Source of the DNA: Catajapyx aquilonaris
Taxonomy: Eukaryota
Assembly: GCA_000934665.2 (NCBI GenBank)
Contig: KZ538500.1
Coordinates: 1 to 64,000, forward strand
DNA length: 64,000 nt
Reading direction: 5' to 3'
The translations under genes and the position numbers were made by a program. Shown one piece after another: positions 54,523 through 64,000 of this stretch. The notes beneath the pieces were generated by a model. It did no database searches and was not told the origin of the DNA. It was given only the letters and a program-made list of their open reading frames with translations. Position 1 is the stretch's first letter. The number at the start of each line of letters is the position of its first letter.

Positions 54523-57500
54523 ATGTTGTGGGCTATCGGGTACCTCTTTGTGGCGGTGGTGCTCGGGATCATATTGCTTCTTACAACGTTGGTAATTTGG
54601 TACACTCAGAAATGGAAAAGTGCAGGATTTGATGCAATACCCCCTTCAGTCACAGTGAAAAGTTTCCTGAAACAATTCCTGGTAACGAAATCCAACGGCG
54701 ATGCAGACCTGGATATTTACAATTACTTTGTGCGTACCGGTGCCAAGTGTGGAGGAGCCGTCGAAATTATGGGTTCCAGCTTGTGGGTTGTGGATCCGGA
54801 CCTGATGAGAAGCATATACATCAAGGATTTCGATCACTTTGTGGACAGACCAGTATTTGAAATAGGCGGAAAGGACAGTTACATTAACCAGGGAGTAGGC
54901 AACCTTGTTGGGCAGCAGTGGAAGGACGTGAGGAACGTAATGTCTCCGACCTTCACCTCCGGGAAAATCAAACTGATTTTCCAGTCCATTCCCAAATGCT
55001 GCAATAAGATGACAGATTATCTGCAGAAAAAGGCTGAACTGGGAGAATCAGTGGAAATGAAGGATGCCTATGGGAGGCTAGTGATGGACGTGATTGCGAT
55101 ATCTTCCTTTGGGATCGACTGCGACTCATTCAAACATCCAGATGCGCCCTTTCCACGGATGGCTAAGAAGATGTTTAATCCAGATGCACTTGGATTCATT
55201 CTGCTCATGGTCTCCGTTGCTGCCCCCCGTTTTGTGAAATTTCTGCGTATGCTGCGTGTCCCTTTACCTGACTCAGACGAGGTCGATCGTTACTTTGCAT
55301 CCGTGGTCAAAGATGCGGTTGAACATCGCGAAAAGAGTGGGGTGAAAGGAAGGGACTTTCTGCAGTTGCTTCTGGACGCCAGGAAAGGAGAGCTGGACGA
55401 TCTTGAGTCGGACAATTTAATCGGATACAACCCAAGTTCTGACAAGGTCGCCGCAGAAAAACGCAAGGCCCTCTCCAAAGCAGGTAAGACATGTAGGCCT
55501 ACAGTACAGTAGGCCTATATGTCAGGATCAAACCCCGAAAACGAACCTCTGGGCGAAAAAAACGTCCAGACGGCGCGGAATGATCGTTTTCAAACCATCC
55601 ATTCTGTGGCGTGGTCAATTTAAAGTCCGGCCAGACTCCGAAATGCTCTTTTTAAAAATTCCAGAGCGCTTTCAGGACAACACGAAATTGTCGGGAACCT
55701 GATTTAGTGTCGTGGCTGCTGTTGCAGAGAAAGCCCATAACGTGTTGTGCCGATTTGTTGTTTTTCACTACTGCAACGTAGATGCTGGAAATAAATCACC
55801 CTATCGTTGTTTGGCAAATTGTGGAAATTCTTAACATTTGATGATCCTGTTTATTACGTAACATTACTTGGACATATATTTCCCGGAAGTGTTACCTTCA
55901 AAAAATATGTATTAGTTTCTTACGATAGAGCGATTCTAAAAGTAATTCACAACTGTTGAAATATATTCCGAAGTTTCACTACAGAAACTGAAAATGACAT
56001 TATCGATATGAAAGTGTATGTCAATCTCTAATTTTAGCCATACTGTAGTCACCATACATTTTGGTGCACTTGTCCCAGGGGGACTGACTATATGGTAGAC
56101 CATGGTTATGGCCATCATTTCGTACCAATAAAGAGGCACCTGTCCGTTCAGCACTTCAGCGACAACGAGGAAGTGAAAGAGGCCATCCGTCATTGGTTTT
56201 CCAGCCAGCCTTACGCTTGCTTCTGCTGTGTCGTGGGAAAACTAGTGTCCCGGTGGGACTAGTCCACCAAACTGTATGGTGACTACAGTATGTCTAAAAT
56301 TATTAGAATTACTTTCGCTTTCATATGTAGGGCTTTATGTCACTCTCTGTAATGAAGCTTCGGAATTTTAAAAAGTTGTGAATTACTTTTTGATTAGCCC
56401 CTCGTTAATAATGGTAATAAATATTTGAAGGTTCCTGGAAAAAGATGCCCATGTAATAATGTTAATGAACAGGATAATCAAATGTTAAGTATTTCAACCA
56501 TTTGACATACAACAATATGGCGATTTATTTCCAGCATCTACTTGGGGTAGTGGGACACAAGAAAATGTCACGACATGTTGTGGGCATTTCATGAACCAGC
56601 CACGACACGAAAAAGGCGTCCTGACATTTTCGTATAGTCCATAAAGCGTTCTGGCATTTTAAAGGCGCATTTAGGTGTCTGGCCGTTTTTGTCGCCCAAT
56701 TGCCATTTTCGGAATTTGAGCTTAACAGGCCTAACATATAGGCCTACATTAGCTTAATATATTACAGTGAAACTTGTCTATGTTGTCCACTGATGGTTCC
56801 AAGGTGAATGTCCGACATAGGAAGGTGCTCAACATATCAGGATTTCAATCTCTCGGGTTTCACAGTGCAGTACCTTAATGTACGAGAAAGTATCGTACAG
56901 TAATAAACTAATCATCCAGTAATCAACTTCCAATGCAAGTGTTCTCATGTTCGGTACAGTAGGCTACAACACAATGTATACTGTACAAGTACATGCAATT
57001 TCTGAAACTGGCCTCCTTTTTGGTTCATAAATCGGTAACAATAAGTGGCAGGTTTAATCAGAGAAATGGGGGGCGGAGGGGGGGGGGCGCAAAAATGCAA
57101 ATAAGCGTGGCATGCCAGAGCATAAAGTTCTAATTTTTAAATGTACTGGCATCCCTCTATTCATGATCCATTGTCAGGATGTTGTCATAATTATAGAGTT
57201 GACAATTTTACACTTGAAGACATGACACCATGCATCACAAACGTATTCAGAGCTCAGTATTGCTCAAGTTTTCAGGGGGGAAACAGAATACATGTAGAGT
57301 AAAAATGAAACCTGTACTGCACCTGTCCAACGTAAGAAGGGGGAAAGTGTCCAATTTCCAAGATATAAAGGTGCCTAACTTAGCACCATTGCAAGGGATA
57401 GGCTTTTTGACTGTTCCAAAAATAATGTTCAATGTAGAGAGGTGGCCAATTTATTAAGGTGTGCAACTTGAAAGGTTTCACTGTATCAGCATTATACAGT

Positions 57501-57813
57501 ATTACGTAATATCCACTAAAACATGTAAGTTACCGTGTAATTATTTCTTCTTGCAGTTCTGACTGAGCATCTTCTGATAGCTCAATGCATAGTACTTATC
57601 GGCGCTGGTTATGATACGACATCTAGTACATTGTCATTTGCTGCCTATGAGATGGCTGTCAACCCGGACATCCAGGAGAAGTTGTATGAGGAGGTGAAGA
57701 AAGCAGCTGACAAACACGATGGGCAATTGACTTACGATGACGTTATGAACATGGAGCTATTGGACAAAATTATCAATGGTGAGGCACAGGCTTAATAGTA
57801 GAATTATTACTAG

Positions 57814-57898
<85 letters not shown>

Positions 57899-59450
57899 AA
57901 TAATCTCCATTATAAAGCGAGACACGTATGTTGTAGCTATCCAACCGAGTTCAGTCTAGCCCCCTAGGTGGCAGGAGTCTACGGCGGCGCTGCTCCCTAG
58001 GTGGCGCTGGTGGAGGGGGCCCTCTCATCTTACGCCTCTCTCCCCCTCTTGCCTCCTCCCTGTCCCTGTCATCCCTTCCCCCTATACCTGCCTCCCACCT
58101 CCTCCATCATGGGGAGGTAGTCGCGTGAGTGGGTGAGTTCGCAACTTCCACACCATCGTTAGGGGTGACTTCGACACTTCCACACGATCATCAGGAGGTA
58201 GTCACGTGTGTTCGCAACCTCCACGCCTCAACACGGACATTTCAAGGCTTTCACTCTAACAGGCTATAAGTGTCAAAAAGGTGAAAACTAGGAAATAAAT
58301 GAAAAATGTGTCAGGTAAATACCTCATATTCTGTCCACTACTGATCTTTCTTCCGGGATTCGCATCCTTTCTCTCATCTTATTCATCATGTCGTGTACAG
58401 TACAACACTTTTACACGCAAAAATCAACTTTTATGCCTCAACCTTTCAAGCCTTTCATTTATTCCAGCCCGAAATTAGCGTGACATTGCCGAGCGTAGCG
58501 CGGGTGTGCCACTAGTAATAATAATGTACCGTAACAAATAATTATGTTGCCGTAGATCTATATTATATTATAATTATGTCTGTAAGATTTTAATTACTAT
58601 ATTTCAGAAAAATCTGCAATATTTTCCCAACAGTAATAATGTTACATACGAGCTTTCCTAAACAACGTTGTAGGACTGGTGGCATTTCGTATATTTTTAA
58701 TTAGCAAGGTTCAGCATATTTTATTTGCTGGGCTGTTGTTCCTAGCATTTGATGAGGGTAGCATAATTATATATTCCGTTTTAAGTATGGGTGTCGGATT
58801 GCCCTACAAAGCTGCGTCTGTTCCTGATAAACTAATCTCTTATGTACCGTCCCAACTCAGACTGATAATAATTTCTGTCCATGTGAGTGGCATGACGTTT
58901 CCCAAATACTGACTCATGCTATGAAACTGTCCTATTTCAGAAACACTACGTCTCCACACTATTGCAACTAGGAGCGCCAGGACCTGCACCAAAGATTATC
59001 AGGTCCCCGGGACAGATGCCACCATTATAAAGGGGTCGACAGTGATGTTTCCTGCTTTCGCTATACATCGCGACGAGCGTTATTTCCCCAATCCGACGAA
59101 GTTTGACCCTGAGAGATTCAGCTCCGAAGAGAAGGCAAACAGGGCTCCTTACATTTATCTACCTTTTGGACATGGACCTAGAAATTGCATAGGTATATGA
59201 CACGCGGAATGCCATTATAGCCTATGTGCCTGAGAATTTGGTCAGTGCAGGTTGCTAATGCTGGTTCTTGACTTCTTGAATAGGAATGCGTTTCGCTCTG
59301 ATGCAAGCCAAAACAATCCTGGCATACACCATCCTCAACTTCCGTCTTCATCCTACAGAGAAGACAACGATTCCGATGAAATATGCCTTAACTTCACCTC
59401 TGCTTAAGGCCAAGGGGGGGATGTGGCTGAGACTAGAAAAGCGCAAATGA
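54523..59450 (+). CDS. Cytochrome P450, CYP3 clan (paralog 15, MLW subfamily); exons 54523-55483, 57557-57778, 58941-59192, 59284-59450
   Basis: [36 protein letters not shown]; all four exons open; introns 1 and 2 expanded by TEs. Confidence 0.9.
55510..56746. mobile_element. Old degenerate inverted-repeat element hosting a mariner derivative
   Basis: TAGGCCTATATGT(C/T)AGG at both ends in inverted orientation; about 55627-55720 is a diverged reverse complement of about 56596-56690. Confidence 0.6.
55923..56405. mobile_element. Mariner-derived MITE with a transposase C-terminal remnant
   Basis: Ends CGA..AAAAGTAATTCACAACT / AGTTGTGAATTACTTTTTGATTAGCCCCTCG; about 56130-56286 translates KRHLSVQHFSDNEEVKEAIRHWFSSQP...KLVSRWD*STKLYGDY, resembling the mariner transposase C-terminus. 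Confidence 0.8.
56765..57483. mobile_element. pogo/Tigger-like MITE
   Basis: TA|CAGTGAAAC ... GTTTCACTG|TA termini with TA duplication. Confidence 0.72.
57814..57903. repeat. (GAT)n microsatellite, intronic
   Basis: Direct tandem run. Confidence 0.95.
57904..58515 (+). mobile_element. Non-autonomous Helitron in intron 2
   Basis: A|TCTCCATTATAAAG 5' end; GC-rich subterminal CCGAGCGTAGCGCGGG, then CTAG|T at 58512-58516. Confidence 0.7.
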
Positions 59451-59762
59451 CTTTATGAATGGTATTAATCTTAAATGTTGGAGACAATAAGTATACCTGG
59501 CACCTTGCTTTAGTTTGCATTTCAGTAAAAGGAATAGGCTTTTCTTTATTTGTAATAGAGCTTAAGTTCATCTTTCCTTAAATAAAGCATTAACCTACCT
59601 TTTGATACTTACAACTAACATCCCCTTCTACTTCTCAGCGCATGGTTGTAATCCCCCCAAACATGCTGCTTGCATGTGCAGCATCAACCTTGTTAACTTG
59701 TGAGCAGCATAATACAGTAAATGTGTCACATATTCATTCACACTCCACCACGAGAGTGATTA

Positions 59763-60130
59763 AGCCCAGAGGAGAAGGCCAAGAGGAGTCCTTACGTCTT
59801 TCACCCATTCGGCCACGGTCCTCGCAACCGCATAGGTCAGGTCACAGGTGATTGTCACATTGTCGTTAGTAATCATGCTGTTCACCTTTAACCACGGAAG
59901 CGAAGAGCCGAAGATGCTCTGTCGATGACTGATTCTCCACTTTTGACTTCACATTTCCAAAAGGACCGACCGACTCGACACGCCAATAATGAAATAATAG
60001 CCCTATATGGGTTTGCACAAAGATCTTAGAATATAGTTGTTATTACTGTATTTGGCTCTTTTGGTTTGCATTACCTATATGGTTGCTTAAATAATAATTA
60101 TGGAGTTTGGCTTCGTCTGGAACCCAGAAT
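59763..60130 (+). pseudogene. Degraded 3' P450 fragment (paralog 12/13 type)
   Basis: [23 protein letters not shown].. (heme Cys lost), GTCAGGTCACAGG intron start as at 45097, eroded exon 4 ending in VWLRLEPR. Confidence 0.8.
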
Positions 60131-61389
60131 CACTTACCTTACTGCTATATTCTACTTGTTAAACAAGTATACTATTTTCATGTAAGTCATGCACCTGCAC
60201 GATTTACCATTTTGTCATAAGGTTAATGATTTACCAGTAACAAGGATGTGCCAAAGGTGTGCAACAGAGCAAAATTATTACCGTGTTTCCGTCGCAACAG
60301 CTGCAACCAATGCTTCCAAAAATATGTTTACGTTTATATTATGCACAACCACTTGCCAAAAATTTAGGCTAAACCATTAAAGTTATAAGCGGTTAGAGCA
60401 TTGAGTCATTTTTAAATTATAGAAGCATTATTGAAGTTGTGTTTGGAACGGGTCGGAATATATATATATTTCTTAATTTACTTGGCCATCAACACTGCAC
60501 GACTAAAATGATAAGAAAATTCATAAAAACTTACATTTATATTAAAAATGTATTGGGAAGTGGGATACTATTCTTCGATTTATTATATTTTTCAGTTCCC
60601 ACTTCCAGATATGTATTTATTTATTTATTTATTTACGTTACCCCGTTATAGGGCAGAGCCCTTTTGGGGGATCAGCTCTGGATACACAAGAACAATAAAA
60701 AAGTCATAGGGTTTACATGATTGTAGCAGCCAAAAACCATTTACAGAAAAACACTAAGTTATTGAGTGAGTTTAATGTAGCACATATCTATTTAGTAAAT
60801 TTGCAACCATTTTAACATCCAGATAATTATGTATCTGTCATAGTTAAATAGTTTACAACGCATGTCGAGCATGTTTAGTGTCAATAAAGAGATTATCCAG
60901 TAAATACAGACATGCATCATCAACAATAATAATTTTAAGTTAGGTATTTACGAACGTGAGGACATAATGAAGATCAAAGACAATAAAGGTTGTAAGTACT
61001 GTACGTTACAACATACACACGTGTGTACACACCCGCAACAACATTCTGCCAAACTCATTACTAGTAACGTTGCACCAATGATTACAGTGGAACATAATGC
61101 ACTATTACACTAAAAATATATTATTATTACTTGTTTACACCAATGGCTAAAATCTCGTCTATCTTCAAAATAATGTATTTTGATACGTTCAATTTCCATA
61201 TACATCACAACTTTATCAAGGTTTGTTACGCTGCCACGGTCGTCACTAGTCCTCACTTTGTCCTTGACTAATCTTGACCAAGAAATGTATATGAGCAGCC
61301 TCCTTGCCTAGCGTGCAGGAACTAAAGCCAGTGCACAGTTCAGCTTGTTAGCGAGCAGACCTCAGCGGACTGTATATTAGTGACGCAAA

Positions 61390-63640
61390 ATGTTGTGGGT
61401 TGTCGGGTGCCTCTTTGTCGCGGTGGTGGTCGGGATCATCTCTCTAATTACAGTGTTGTTAATTTGGTATACTAAGAGGTGGGAAAGTGCAGGATTTCAT
61501 GCACTACCCCCTTCAGTCACAGTGAAAAGTTTCCTGAAACAAATCCTGGTAACGAAATCCAACTGGGATGCAGACCTGGATATTTACAATTACTTTTTGC
61601 GGACCGGTGCCAAGTGCGGAGGAGCCGTCGAAATCATGGGTTCCACCTTGTGGATTGTGGATCCGGACATGATGAGAAGCGTCTACGTCAAGAATTTTGA
61701 TCACTTTGTGGACAGACCTGTATTTGAATTAGGCGGAAAGGACAGTTATCTTAATATAGCGCTATCCAACCTTGTTGGGCAGCAGTGGAAGGACGTGAGG
61801 AACGTAATGTCGCCAACGTTCACTTCTGGGAAAATCAAGCTGATTTTCCAGTCCATTCCCAAATGCTGCCAGAAGCTGACAGATTATCTGGAGAAACAGG
61901 CTGAACTGGGAGAATCAGTGGAAATGAAGGATGCCTACGGGAGGCTGGTGATGGACGTGGTGGCGATCACCTCCTTTGGGATCGACTGCGACTCATTCAG
62001 ATATCCGGATGCGCCCTTTCCACGGATGGCTAAAAAGATTATGAATCCAGGTGTCCTCGGATTCATTCTACTTCTGACCGCCATTGCTGCCCCCCGTTTT
62101 GTGAATTTGTTGCGCATGCTGCGTGTCCCTTTACCTGAATCAAACGAGGCCAACGACTACTTTGCATCCGTGGCCAAAGATGCGATTGAACATCGCGAAA
62201 AGAGTGGGGTGAAAGGAAGGGACTTTCTGCAGTTGCTTCTGGATGCCAGGAAAGGCGAGTTGGACGATCTTGAGTCGGACACTCTAATCGGGTACAACCC
62301 AAGTTCTGACCAGGTCGCTGCAGAAAAACGCAGGGCCCTCTCCAAAGCTGGTAGACATACAGACATACTGCATATATTACATCATCATTATAAATTATTA
62401 TTAACACACAGTACGCCAAAACAGACGCCGTTTAATTTATTTTTGTAGTGTTGACGGAGCCTCTTCTGATAGCTCAATGCATAGTACTTCTCGTCGTTGG
62501 GTATGACACGACGGCTAATACATTGTCATTTGCTGTCTACGAGATGGCTCTCAACCCTGATATACAAGAGAAGTTGTATGAGGAGGTGAAGAAAGCAGCG
62601 GACAAACACGATGGGCATTTGACTTATGATGACGTTATGAACATGGAGCTATTGGACAAAATTATCCATGGTGAGACAAAGGCTTAATAATAGAATATAT
62701 TACTAGTATTATTTATTATTATTATTATGGCTATTACTGTTGTTTCGGAAATGTTTACAATATTTTTGGTTGAGAATTTTATTGCCTTTTTTCTCAATGG
62801 TAGGGCAGAGATTGTTGTTTGCTGGCCTCTTGTTACTGACGTGAGATGTTGGAAATTACGTTCGAGCTTATTTTCGGAGATTATTATGAGATTGGCCTAC
62901 GAGGCTATGCCTGTGCCTATACTGAACGATTCTCTTAAACACTGCTAGAAGTGAGTCGGATCAATTTTCTAAATCTCACATTTTGCGAAGCTATTAAAAG
63001 TACACCGTAACAGGAAGTGTTATAAAATTTATACCTGATATTTTTGCACTCGAGCTGCCGTTATAGCCTAGTGCACGTAAATTGAGTGGAATTAGATTAC
63101 GTAAATGCTAAAAAATTGTCTTGCTTCAGAAACACTACGTCTCCGCGGTCCTGCAACAAGGATCGTCAGGGCATGCACCAAAGATTTGCAGGTGCCCGGG
63201 ACAGATGCCACCATTAAGAAGGGGATGACAGTGATGTTTCCTGCTTTCGCTATACATCACGACGAGCGTTATTTCCCCAACCCGATGAAGTTTGATCCTG
63301 AGAGATTCAGCTCTGAAGAGAAGGCAAAGAGGTCCCCATACGTTTATCAACCTTTTGGACATGGACCTCGAAATTGCATAGGTATGGCATGAATTCCTTT
63401 AGTCTGTGTGCCAGAGTATCTATAATTATAGTCAGTGTATGTTGCTAATTCTGGTAATTGTTTTACTGAATAGGAATGCGTTTCGCTCTGATGCAAGTCA
63501 AAACAATCTTGGCACACACCATCCTCAACTTCCGTCTTCATCCTACAGAGAAGACAACGATTCCGATGAAATATGCCTTAAATTCTCCTATGCTTAAGGC
63601 CAAAGAAGGGGTGTGGCTGAGACTTGAAAAGCGAAACTGA
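61390..63640 (+). CDS. Cytochrome P450, CYP3 clan (paralog 16, MLW subfamily); exons 61390-62350, 62449-62670, 63130-63381, 63474-63640
   Basis: [36 protein letters not shown]. Confidence 0.92.
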
Positions 63641-64000
63641 CTTTATAAATAGGAATAATCCTAAATGTAGGAGATCATAAGAATGCCTTGCTGCAGCATA
63701 CATTTCCGTAAAAGGGAATACCCATTTCTGCCTTTTGTGATATAACTGAAAGTAATTCTTTCCCGACAGTTAAGTTAAACCAAAGTGAGCTGTAGTATTA
63801 AATATAAATGTATGAGCTTCTAAGTTTTTGTTGGAAATGTTTCAAACATTTTGGTGTACTTTTTAGTGTACTTATACATACATAAATACTCTGTAAAAAT
63901 AACTGCTGAGAATATTAATCAAAATTTACTCTGATTAAGCATTAATGTCAAACCTAATGGGAAGTGGTAAGAATTAGTTCTATGTTTTGATCAATATAGT

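Noticed and set aside
57776..57967. Poly-Asp ORF
   Set aside because: Intronic (GAT)n microsatellite.

Overview
Eukaryotic, intron-containing DNA, most likely an arthropod (inferred from the CYP3-clan sequence type, short GT-AG introns and the transposon repertoire). The window is almost entirely a tandem cytochrome P450 'bloom'. I count 14 apparently intact CYP3-clan genes (13 on +, 1 on -), 2 full-length pseudogenes and 3 gene fragments. All full-length copies share one 4-exon structure with three phase-1 introns. One unrelated gene, a 7-exon acid sphingomyelinase (saposin-B plus metallophosphoesterase, about 608 aa), sits inside the array tail-to-tail with the only inverted P450. Introns and spacers carry many non-autonomous mobile elements: a 2.4-kb foldback, hAT-, P-, Tc1/mariner-, pogo- and Sola-like MITEs, Helitrons and a tRNA-derived SINE, plus microsatellites. 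The most notable observation is an otherwise intact P450 (21685-26402) whose I-helix lacks the catalytic threonine (AGLEGV instead of AGYETT); its pseudogenised neighbour also lacks it (GGYDAN). Exon boundaries were read by eye from GT/AG sites and paralog comparison, and no database search was run. I see no evidence for a wholly new system beyond these candidates.
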